A program made the translations under genes and the position numbers. The notes below the pieces were generated by a model, which ran no database searches, was not told where the DNA came from, and was given only the letters and a program-made list of their open reading frames with translations. Positions 26,753 to 35,633 of a stretch of 64,000 nucleotides of DNA are shown here, in pieces (the first letter of the stretch is position 1; every line of letters starts with the position of its first letter). The stretch spans positions 245,067-309,066 of the forward strand of contig CAVPXS010000018.1 of assembly GCA_963709775.1 (NCBI GenBank). The letters run 5' to 3'. Origin of the DNA: an uncultured Flavobacteriaceae bacterium. Its GTDB lineage: Bacteria; Bacteroidota; Bacteroidia; Flavobacteriales; Flavobacteriaceae.

Positions 26753-27694
26753 ATGAAGGTATTAATAACGGGAGCAGCCGGATTCATTGGATCACACGCT
26801 GCGGAACGTTTACAAAAAGAAGGTTACACCGTGACCGGACTCGATAACTTTTCAAATTACTATGATGTTTCTTTAAAAGAGCTTAATGCTGAAGCTCTTC
26901 GGAAAAAAGGAATTGAAGTGATCAAAATGGACCTCCGAAAGCCTGAAGCCTTTGATTCACTTTCTTCAAATTTCGATTTCATTATTCATTTTGCGGCTCA
27001 ACCCGGAATTTCTTCTGAAAGTACTTTTGAAGAATATTTCAGCAACAATGTAATCGCCACTCAAAATCTCCTGGAGTTCGCGCAAAAGAGCAAAAACCTG
27101 AAGCATTTTTTCAACATTTCAACTTCTTCGGTTTATGGCCTCGAGGCAACTTTTCCTGAAACTGTAGCACCAAAACCGGCCTCCTGGTACGGAGTTTCAA
27201 AACTTGCCGCGGAACAACTTGCGCTGGCATTGAGCAGGGGGAAAAAGATGAAGTGTTCTTCTCTAAGACTATTTTCTGTTTACGGTCCACGCGAACGTCC
27301 CGAGAAACTTTATACCAAACTAATCGCCTGCGGATTAAAAGGTGAGGCTTTTCCGATTTTTGAAGGGAGTGAAAAACATCTTAGGAGTTTTACCTATGTG
27401 GGCGATATCGTCGACGGGATCTTTAAAGCGGTACAAAATCATGAATTGTTGGATGGAGAGATCATTAATCTTGGAGCCGAAGAAGAACACAAGACTCAGC
27501 AGGGAATTGAAATGGTAGAGGAGATCCTGGGGAAGAAAATTGAACTTGAGGTAAAACCAAGAAGACAGGGAGACCAGTCCAGAACATTAGCCAATATCCA
27601 GAAGGCGAAAAAGATGCTGGGATACGAGCCAAAAACTTCTCTTAAAGAAGGTCTGCGTCTTCAGGTAGAATGGTACAGGGAAAATTTTTTATAG
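26753..27694 (+). CDS. NAD-dependent nucleotide-sugar epimerase, UDP-glucuronate 4-epimerase-like
   Basis: TGAAGFIG, DNFSNYYDVSLKE, HFAAQ, STSSVYG, YGVSK (YxxxK), LRLFSVYGP motifs. Confidence 0.8.
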   Translation: MKVLITGAAGFIGSHAAERLQKEGYTVTGLDNFSNYYDVSLKELNAEALRKKGIEVIKMDLRKPEAFDSLSSNFDFIIHFAAQPGISSESTFEEYFSNNVIATQNLLEFAQKSKNLKHFFNISTSSVYGLEATFPETVAPKPASWYGVSKLAAEQLALALSRGKKMKCSSLRLFSVYGPRERPEKLYTKLIACGLKGEAFPIFEGSEKHLRSFTYVGDIVDGIFKAVQNHELLDGEIINLGAEEEHKTQQGIEMVEEILGKKIELEVKPRRQGDQSRTLANIQKAKKMLGYEPKTSLKEGLRLQVEWYRENFL

Positions 27695-28765
27695 TTCCCG
27701 GTATTGCTGAAGCAAATAATTAGCTGCTTCAAAGGGAGTCGTTTCGTTGTTCTCCAGCGCTTCAAGTTGCTGTTTTAGCAATTTCTTGATCTCCGGATGA
27801 TTGTAAAAGCGGCTTTTTAAATGCTCATTAATCGTTTGTAACAACCAGAATTTATTCTGTTCATGCCGTTTTTTGCTGAAATCCCCGCCGGCTTTCATCT
27901 TTTGCTCATAATCTGAAATAAGCTCCCATACTTCAGAAATTCCCTCTTTATAATAGGCACTGCAAAGTAAAACCTTAGGCTGCCAGCCACTTTCTTTAGC
28001 CGGATAAAGGTGCAAAGCTCTACGGAATTCTGCGCGAGCTCTTTCGGCCGGCTTCCGGTTTTCACCATCGGCTTTGTTGATGACAATAGCATCGGCCATT
28101 TCCATGATTCCGCGTTTTATTCCCTGGAGTTCGTCTCCGGCGCCGGCCAGTTTCAGAAGCAAAAAGAAATCGGTCATGCTGTGAACGGTAGTTTCACTTT
28201 GTCCTACGCCCACCGTTTCAATAAGAAGTGTGTCAAAACCTGCCGCTTCACATAAAATGATGGTCTCGCGTGTCTTTTTTGCCACCCCTCCAAGAGAATC
28301 GCCCGAGGGTGAAGGTCGAATAAAGGCATTCTTATGATTAACGAGGGTCTCCATCCTGGTCTTATCTCCCAAAATACTTCCGCCAGAAATCGTGCTGGTA
28401 GGATCTACCGCCAAAACCGCGACTTTTTTTCCGGCGTCAGCCAAATGGCCGCCAAAGGCTTCAATAAAGGTGCTTTTTCCAACTCCGGGTACGCCTGTGA
28501 TCCCAATCCTTATTGATTCATTTGCAAACGGCAGACATTTTTCAATAAGTTGAGCGGCTTTTTCCTGTTGCTTTGGCTGGTTGGTCTCGACCAGGGTAAT
28601 TCCCTGGCTTAATGCCGATTTGTCCCCCGATCTAAGCCGGGCAAACATTTCATCTACCGTGAATTCCTTCTTGCGGGAATCCCTTATTTTTTTGGCCATT
28701 GCCGCATTGATCTCCGATGAGGGGCGACTGCCTTCTTGTTCATGTAGAGCCGATGGATTTTTCAA
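27689..28765 (-). CDS. meaB: Methylmalonyl-CoA mutase-associated GTPase (MeaB/ArgK)
   Basis: GITGVPGVGKST, AVDP, GGSILGDKTRM, ETVGVGQSE, QGIKRG, NKAD motifs. Confidence 0.95.
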   Translation of the reverse strand: MKNPSALHEQEGSRPSSEINAAMAKKIRDSRKKEFTVDEMFARLRSGDKSALSQGITLVETNQPKQQEKAAQLIEKCLPFANESIRIGITGVPGVGKSTFIEAFGGHLADAGKKVAVLAVDPTSTISGGSILGDKTRMETLVNHKNAFIRPSPSGDSLGGVAKKTRETIILCEAAGFDTLLIETVGVGQSETTVHSMTDFFLLLKLAGAGDELQGIKRGIMEMADAIVINKADGENRKPAERARAEFRRALHLYPAKESGWQPKVLLCSAYYKEGISEVWELISDYEQKMKAGGDFSKKRHEQNKFWLLQTINEHLKSRFYNHPEIKKLLKQQLEALENNETTPFEAANYLLQQYREL

Positions 28766-28838
28766 ACTGGGAATTAATTTTTAGGTGGAGATCTTATTTG
28801 TATATTGAAGTACTAAAATAACAAAATAAAAGATCATT

Positions 28839-29273
28839 ATGAAGACATTGTATACTGGTGTAGCTACCACAACCGGCGGGAGAGAAGGAAGCGTGAAAAG
28901 TGATGACGGAGTTCTCGACCTGGATCTTAGTATGCCCAAATCCATGGGCGGAAAAGGTGAGGAAAAGACAAACCCCGAACAACTTTTTGCTGCCGGCTAT
29001 TCTGCCTGCTACGGGAGTGCACTGCAGGTTGTAGCCAAAAAACATAAGGTAGATCTGGGAGATTTTTCTGTGACAGCTTCTGTAGACCTGGGGAAAACTG
29101 AAGAAGGAGACCTGCAACTTTCGGTCATCCTTGATTCTTACATTCCGGGAGTAGATGTGGAGACAGGCGAAAAGCTGGTTAATGAGGCGCACGAAATTTG
29201 CCCTTACTCAAGAGCCACCCGCGATAACGTTGATGTAACGCTTAATCTTATGCTGGATGATGAGGAAGAATAG
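28839..29273 (+). CDS. ohr: Organic hydroperoxide resistance protein
   Basis: GGREG, NPEQLFAAGYSAC, AHEICPYS motifs. Confidence 0.93.
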   Translation: MKTLYTGVATTTGGREGSVKSDDGVLDLDLSMPKSMGGKGEEKTNPEQLFAAGYSACYGSALQVVAKKHKVDLGDFSVTASVDLGKTEEGDLQLSVILDSYIPGVDVETGEKLVNEAHEICPYSRATRDNVDVTLNLMLDDEEE

Positions 29274-29343
29274 ATTCTTCCCGCTTACCATTCAAAAAGG
29301 GCATTTTTTAATGCTCTTTTTTTATGCTTTTATTCCAGAGAAA

Positions 29344-30841
29344 CTAAAGATTTTCATCGTCTTCTGAATCCGGATTATAGGCCAGGTGAAGGCTATTGTA
29401 TACTGCTTCCACGTTGCGCTGGTTTTCCATGAGAACGATCAGGGTATCGTCTTCTTCGATTTGGGTAGCGCCGTTTGGAGTAAGAAACTGGCCATTGCGG
29501 GAAATCATTGCAATAATAGCATTACGGGGGAAATGTATATCTACAATTCTTTTGCCTACAGTAAAATTATCTGGAGAAATGGTGATTTCCCGAATAAGTG
29601 ATTTTGTGCCATCTGCAAGAAAAGCGTCAACAGGGGATATTCTTTTTGCCTTTTTTGGAAGTGCAACATGCAGCCATTTTGCAACTGTAGAGAGCGTAGT
29701 ACCCTGCACGAGTACCGAGGTGAGGGAAACAAAAAATACGATGTTAAAGATCATGTGCGCCTTTTCGATACCCGCCAGCAGGGGATAAGTGGCGAAAACA
29801 ATAGGCACGGCTCCCCGTAGACCAACCCAGGAAATATACCAGCGGCGGCGCATCTTCATTTTAAAGGGTGCAAGACTTAACATGACTCCTATTGGCCGGG
29901 CGATAAGAATAAGAAATCCTGAAATTAAAACCCCCAGGCCAAGAACCGGGACTATATCACTTGGAAAGACAAGAAGCCCCAGAGTGAGGAAAAGTACGAT
30001 TTGCATAAGCCAGGCAACCCCGTCAAAAAAGCGCATAATTGTACGCTTGTGGATGAGGTCCTGATTTCCCAGGTAAACTCCGGCAAGATATACGGCCAAA
30101 AAGCCATTTCCGCCCAGCCTGTCTGTAGCCGAAAAGGCCAGGAACATCAGGGCAATCGCAAGTACAGGATAAAGCCCTTCAAAATCGAGGGTTATTTTAT
30201 TGATGATTAATTTGCTGAGCTTTCCGAAGAGAAAACCAAGCGCACCGCCAATAAGGATTTGTTGAAGAAAAAGCGGAATTATAGAAAGCAGACTTTGATC
30301 CTGGTTTACCACCAAGACCTAAAAAGGCTATGGTAAGAAAGTAAGCCATGGGATCATTACTCCCGCTTTCCAGCTCCAGCGTAGGCCTAATATTTGCTTT
30401 TAACGCCATGTTCTTTGAGCGAAGAATAGAGAAAACTGCAGCTGCATCTGTCGAGGAAACAATCGCTCCTAACAACAGTCCTTCATAAATAGTAAAATCT
30501 GTGATCGCCCAAACAAAGGTCCCCACAGAAAGTGCAGTAAAGAGAACGCCCAGGGTAGAAAGGGAGATTCCATGCCATACAATAGGCTTAATACTTTTCC
30601 AGTTGGTGTCCAGACCTCCCGAAAAGAGGATGAAATTTAAAGACACTATACCTACGAACTGTGCAAGCTGAGGGTCATCAAACTCAATTTTTCCAATTCC
30701 TTCGGAACCTGCTAACATTCCCACCGAGAGGAAAAGTATAAGCGTAGGTACTCCAAATTTATATGAGGTTTTCCCTGCCAGGATACTTATAAGAAGCAGA
30801 AGTGAACCTATTAAAAGTACATTCTCTGTGGTGATATCCAT
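29344..30841 (-). CDS. cvrA: K+/H+ antiporter CvrA/NhaP2 with a C-terminal TrkA_C (RCK_C) domain; one extra base at 30312-30313 (about 498 aa when corrected)
   Basis: SSTDAAAVFS, LESGSNDPMA, GLRGAVPI motifs; C-terminal IIAMISRNGQFLTPNG; frame switch at GL(V)VNQDQ. Confidence 0.85.
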
Positions 30842-30896
30842 TTATAGGGCATATTCTGTTTCGGCAAAGAAAACCAATTTTAGGCTTTTTTGGAGG

Positions 30897-31556
30897 TTAT
30901 TGAGGTTGATTTTCCTTAAGTAGCTGCGGAAATTTTTCCTTGAACCTGTTCATGCGGGGAACTGAAACATTCCGTATATATGGATCATTGGGATTAAGTT
31001 TCTTGTAATCCTGGTGATAATCTTCTGCCACCCAGAATTTTTGAAACGGCAATACCTCTACGGCAATCGCCTTTTTATACTGGCCAGCCAGTTCTTTCAT
31101 TTTTTGCTCAATGATCTTTTTTTGATCGGCATTTTGATAAAAAATGATCGAACGGTACTGGGAGCCGAGATCGGGACCCTGTCCATTTTTCTGAGTAGGA
31201 TCCATTGAGCCGAAGAAAACATCTGTAAGAGTAGCGAAATCCACTACGTTGGGATCATAAATTACTTCTACTGCTTCGGCGTGACCTGTGCGGCCGGTGT
31301 TACTCTCTTCATAGGTCGGGTTCTTAGTATGTCCGCCGGAATATCCTGAGACCGCTTCTTTCACTCCAACTACACTTTCAAATACTGCCTCCACACACCA
31401 AAAACAGCCACTGGCAAAATAAGCTCTCTTAAGACCATCCTGAAGAGGTACTTCCACCGGTTCGGCATTGGCTATTTCGGGTAAAGTAACCGGCTCGCCA
31501 GAGGAATTTCCGCAGGCAGTTAGACTGAAAAAGAGAGTTAAGATCAAATATTTCAT
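30897..31556 (-). CDS. msrA: Peptide-methionine (S)-S-oxide reductase, lipoprotein form
   Basis: Lipobox LTAC; GCFWC, SGYSGG, GHAEAV, QYRS, AEDYHQDY motifs. Confidence 0.95.
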   Translation of the reverse strand: MKYLILTLFFSLTACGNSSGEPVTLPEIANAEPVEVPLQDGLKRAYFASGCFWCVEAVFESVVGVKEAVSGYSGGHTKNPTYEESNTGRTGHAEAVEVIYDPNVVDFATLTDVFFGSMDPTQKNGQGPDLGSQYRSIIFYQNADQKKIIEQKMKELAGQYKKAIAVEVLPFQKFWVAEDYHQDYKKLNPNDPYIRNVSVPRMNRFKEKFPQLLKENQPQ

Positions 31557-31557
31557 T

Positions 31558-32136
31558 TTATTCTTTTTTATAAGTTCCTTCTAATGTTTTCTTACCGTAA
31601 AGTGCATAATCTGTCACTACTTCTCCGTTTTTAGAGAACCCAAGCCAGTCGAGTTCTGCACTTCCATCCTGTTGGAAGGTGAGAGTAGCCACGGGAGTAT
31701 TAGTATCGAATTCATTCCAGGGCAAGACCCTGTCGGGGGAATTCTCTCTGGAAGCTGAGACGAAATATACATCTGCCGTGTTATCTCCGGTTTTTTTACA
31801 CATAGCATTTATATACATTTTATTCTTGTCTATACACCACTCTGTGGCACGGTCGTATGAAATTTCTATGCATTCGCAGCTACAGTCAGCAGCGGGTTTG
31901 TTTTCTACCAGTTTTCGGTATTTTCCTAAATTACTTTCCATAGGCTCAACTTCAGACAGGGCCACTTCTTTGTCTGTCTGTACCGCGTCTCTTTCTTCCT
32001 GGAGATTTCCGGGAGGCAGAGTGTCGGCAGAGATTGTGTCTGGATCTATTCTTTCAGAGGTGTCGGAGCTGCCCGTTTTTCCATCGTTGCAAGAGAATAA
32101 AGCAACTGCTGTGAAAATGAAAAATATTTTTTTCAT
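31558..32136 (-). CDS. Hypothetical Cys-containing lipoprotein
   Basis: Start MKKIFFIF (ATG 32136), lipobox LFSC, CSCEC motif plus two more Cys; 1-bp gap to msrA. Confidence 0.8.
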   Translation of the reverse strand: MKKIFFIFTAVALFSCNDGKTGSSDTSERIDPDTISADTLPPGNLQEERDAVQTDKEVALSEVEPMESNLGKYRKLVENKPAADCSCECIEISYDRATEWCIDKNKMYINAMCKKTGDNTADVYFVSASRENSPDRVLPWNEFDTNTPVATLTFQQDGSAELDWLGFSKNGEVVTDYALYGKKTLEGTYKKE

Positions 32137-32434
32137 AGTTGTAGGTTTAATTTTTAAAGTTAAGCCATACAAATTAGATTTCTGTGAAACAGATGTTAAC
32201 GCCCTGCTAATTCAAAGTTCAAGATTCAATATTCAAGATTCCTGGTCCTTCTCTGAACTCGTAAATGCTTTTGATTGTAAGATTTTAGATCTACCGTCTA
32301 CAGTCTTGCGACTATGGACTGGGAAAGAAGAGTCAAGACTGAGTTTTGTTGTTTAATAGTCTCAATACTCATATCTAACAAAACAAAAAACCCCTCACTG
32401 TTGTGAAGGGTTTAAATACTTTATGGAAGTAAAT

Positions 32435-33214
32435 TTAGAACTTTTGGAAAAGTTCATTCATTTTTTGTCTTTCTTCCTGTGCCAGTTCTTCATCTACAAG
32501 GATTCTACCACTGTGCTCATCTGTAATGATCTTCCTGCGACCGGCTATTTCCATAATAACCTGCGGTGGAATGGTAAAAAATGAACCTCCAGATGCTCCT
32601 CTTTCAACAGGAACTACGGCAAGACCGTTCTTTACACTGGTGCGAATTCTTTTGTAAGCATTTACCAGGCGATCTTCAATTTGCTGTTCAAACTCTTTGG
32701 ACTTGTCAAGAAGGGCCTTCTCTTCCTTCTCAGTTTCAGCAAGGATCTCATCAAGCTCTCCTTTTTTGTGTTCAAGGTGCTTTTGGCGTTCGGTCAAGCG
32801 TTCTCTCGTTTGCTCGATCACCTCTTTCTTCTGGTCGATCTGTGCACGGTATTCTTTGATCTGCTTTTCAGCAAGTTCTATTTCGAGCTCCTGGAATTCG
32901 ACTTCTTTTGAAAGTGCATTGAATTCCCTGTTGTTACGCACATTTTTTTGCTGCTCGTTATATTTTTTGATCAATGCCTTCGCATCTTCTATCAAAACTT
33001 TTTTGGTGTTGATACCCTGGTCGATCACTTCCAGGTCGGCATCCATTTTCTCCATACGAGTGTTAAGGCCCGCAACTTCATCTTCTAAATCTTCTACCTC
33101 AAGCGGAAGTTCACCTCGTACATTTCTTATTTCATCCACGCGGGAGTCTATAAGTTGAAGATCGTACAACGCTCTTAACTTCTCTTCTACAGTAACATCG
33201 GATTTTTTTGCCAT
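32435..33214 (-). CDS. Coiled-coil protein with a degenerate C4-type zinc-ribbon domain (DUF164 family)
   Basis: KLRALYDLQLIDS, long coiled coil, C-terminal GGSFFTIPPQ...SGRIL; sits next to the Nif3 gene. Confidence 0.85.
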   Translation of the reverse strand: MAKKSDVTVEEKLRALYDLQLIDSRVDEIRNVRGELPLEVEDLEDEVAGLNTRMEKMDADLEVIDQGINTKKVLIEDAKALIKKYNEQQKNVRNNREFNALSKEVEFQELEIELAEKQIKEYRAQIDQKKEVIEQTRERLTERQKHLEHKKGELDEILAETEKEEKALLDKSKEFEQQIEDRLVNAYKRIRTSVKNGLAVVPVERGASGGSFFTIPPQVIMEIAGRRKIITDEHSGRILVDEELAQEERQKMNELFQKF

Positions 33215-33216
33215 AG

Positions 33217-34311
33217 TTAAAAATACTTGATAGGATTGGTTTCTGTGTTTGATAAAACGACTGCAAAATTAGCAAATTTTTTCTTAAGAAAAGAGGCTAA
33301 GAGGTTTTTTGTGTACCGCTCACTTTCGTAATGCCCAACATCGGCCAGCACCAGTCTTTGCTCGGCTTTATAGAAGTCGTGATACTTAAGATCTGCAGTA
33401 ATAAAAATATCTGCTCCGGCGGCAATAGCTTTATCAATGGCAAAACTTCCGCTTCCTCCCAAAACAGCAACTTTTTTAATTGGTTTTCCCAACAGTGATG
33501 AATGCCTTATAAGCCCACTTTTAAAAGTCTCTTTCACCTGCCTTAAAAAAGCCTTTTCCTCCATTTCTTCCTCGAGTTCTCCAATCATTCCAAGTCCGAT
33601 TTGTTGATTGGTGTTTTCAAGAGTGGTGACCTCATACGCGACCTCTTCATAAGGATGACTGTCAAAAAGGGCATTTAGAACGCTTTTTTCAAGATGCTTC
33701 GGAAAGGTCACCCCAATCTGCGCTTCTTCCTCATAATGGGTTTCTCCTTTTTTCCCAATGACGGGATTTGATTCCTCATTTCCGCGGAAGGATCCGCTGC
33801 CAATTAAATTGAAGCTGCAGTGATCATAATTTCCGATAGTTCCTGCGCCGGCGGCAAATAAAGCCTCTCTAACACCTGCTGCATTATTCGTGGGAACGAA
33901 AGTGAGTAATTTTTTAATAGTGTTCCCCTGTGGGACAAGGATCTTCCTCTTATTTAGCCCCAGTTGTTCGCAAATTACGTCATTTACACCTTTAAAGCTG
34001 TTGTCAAGGGCAGTGTGAGTTGCGTAAATAGCTATGTCGTTCTTAATGGCCTTTAGCACAGTCCTTTCAACATAATTGCTGCCCGTAAGTTTTTTAAGAC
34101 CTGAAAAAATTATGGGATGAAAACTTATGATGAGGTTGCAATTCTTCTCCAATGCCTCATCCACCACATCTTCCAGGGTGTCCAGGGTCACCAACGCACC
34201 TGTGACCTCGGTATTTGGGGAGCCGGTGAGCAGACCAACATTGTCATAACCTTCGGCATAGGCCGTAGGAGCAAATTTTTCAATTTCCTGAATAACGTCT
34301 TTAATGAACAT
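33217..34311 (-). CDS. Nif3-like dinuclear metal-centre hexameric protein
   Basis: YDNVGLL, FHPIIF, HTALD, HPYEEVA, GHYESE motifs. Confidence 0.93.
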   Translation of the reverse strand: MFIKDVIQEIEKFAPTAYAEGYDNVGLLTGSPNTEVTGALVTLDTLEDVVDEALEKNCNLIISFHPIIFSGLKKLTGSNYVERTVLKAIKNDIAIYATHTALDNSFKGVNDVICEQLGLNKRKILVPQGNTIKKLLTFVPTNNAAGVREALFAAGAGTIGNYDHCSFNLIGSGSFRGNEESNPVIGKKGETHYEEEAQIGVTFPKHLEKSVLNALFDSHPYEEVAYEVTTLENTNQQIGLGMIGELEEEMEEKAFLRQVKETFKSGLIRHSSLLGKPIKKVAVLGGSGSFAIDKAIAAGADIFITADLKYHDFYKAEQRLVLADVGHYESERYTKNLLASFLKKKFANFAVVLSNTETNPIKYF

Positions 34312-34529
34312 AATTTCTTTTTTACTGAAGAAGTCAAAGATAATTATTCTGATGCCAAGCGCATAAAATCAGAAAGTTTCTCTTGAGTATTTATTTCCTC
34401 AGTGGATCTTCAGAAGAAAGAATTTCCGCAGAAACAGGGTTTCAAAAAAGGGAAATTTTAACTATAATTTTTTTTGCTGTTGCTATAAAAGATCTTTTCC
34501 GTTTCTTGAAAAAAATTACCTTCGCATCC

Positions 34530-35538
34530 ATGTCTGCAAGAAAAATACTTTATCCTTTTTCCATTCTTTACGGGGGAGTGATGCGTGTGCGTAATAAGCT
34601 TTATGACCGCGGAATCTTACCTTCCCGAAGTTTTGACCTGCCTGTTATTGTGGTGGGCAACCTAAGTATGGGGGGTACAGGTAAATCTCCCATGGTGGAA
34701 TATCTTACTCACCTGCTCAAAAAGGATCATAAAGTTGCAACTTTAAGCCGTGGCTATAGAAGAAAAAGCAAGGGATATATTTTGCTGTCGGGCAATGAGC
34801 CGGCGACAGAAGTAGGGGATGAGCCCCTGCAGTTCAAATATAAATTTCCGGATGTTGTGGTGGCTGTAGATGAAAGCCGCGCCCATGGAATAGAAGAACT
34901 GCTTAAAGAAGATCCAAAGCCTGAGGTCGTGCTGCTGGATGACGCTTTTCAACACAGAAGCGTTGCTGCCGGATTATATATTTTGCTCACTTCATACTCG
35001 AAAAATTTATCGAAATGATCTTGTTCTTCCCGCTGGTGACCTAAGAGAACCGGTTTCGGGAGCAAAAAGGGCTAAAGTGATCGTGGTAACGAAATGCCCT
35101 GCAGATCTTTCTTTGGAAGAGCAGATGGAGATCATCAAAAAACTGAAACCCACTCCCGAACAGGAAGTTTTTCTTAGTAGTATAGAATACAGCGAAACTG
35201 TTTTTGGAAGAAATAATTCCCTAAAATTAAAGGAGCTTCAAAAAACCCCTTTTACGCTGGTAACAGGTATAGCTAATCCAAAACCTCTTGTGGATCATCT
35301 TCAGGAATTAGGGTTGACTTTTGAGCATAAGGCATATAAAGATCACCATAACTTCACAGAAGCCGAACTGCGGGAACTTCAACACCAGGAGCTTATTATC
35401 ACCACCGAAAAAGATTATATGCGTCTTAAAAATGAGATATCCAGAGAGAAGATCTTTTATCTCCCAATAAGGAACAGGTTCCTTCACAGAGGTGGGGAGT
35501 TTGATGCTCTGGTACTGGATTATGTGCAAAAAAAATGA
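34530..35538 (+). CDS. lpxK: Tetraacyldisaccharide 4'-kinase; one extra A in the A5 run at 35001-35005 (about 335 aa when corrected)
   Basis: VGNLSMGGTGKSP, LSRGY, VGDEP, LLDDAFQH, then LPAGDLRE and ITTEKD in the +1 frame. Confidence 0.93.
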
Positions 35539-35561
35539 GACCTGTTACAGTCTCATTTTTT
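35530..35561. terminator. Bidirectional terminator between lpxK and the hybrid kinase
   Basis: AAAAAATGAGAC-N8-GTCTCATTTTTT perfect 12-bp inverted repeat. Confidence 0.85.
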
Positions 35562-35633
35562 ATTATTTGGCTAATTCAAACTATCTTATACAATAACCTG
35601 AGTCAGACCTAAATCAAACCTCATGCCAATTTC

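Noticed and set aside
17308-32136. Genomic island or defence system in the accessory-looking middle of the window
   Set aside because: No integrase, transposase, nuclease, toxin-antitoxin or restriction-modification genes, no flanking direct repeats, and no composition shift that I could see by eye
31679-32356. Long antisense ORFs (31679-32356, 14164-14835, 32697-33158, 53650-54138, 54223-54648 and similar)
   Set aside because: Each lies opposite a well-supported gene, lacks motifs and has the composition expected of a shadow frame
34383-34529. N-terminal extensions in the ORF track (lpxK from 34383, pyrE from 57652, NUDIX from 57492, DUF1573 from 47730, cdsA from 52558, dacA from 12323, M14 from 59912)
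   Set aside because: They cross promoter elements or neighbouring genes; downstream starts give family-typical N-termini and signal peptides
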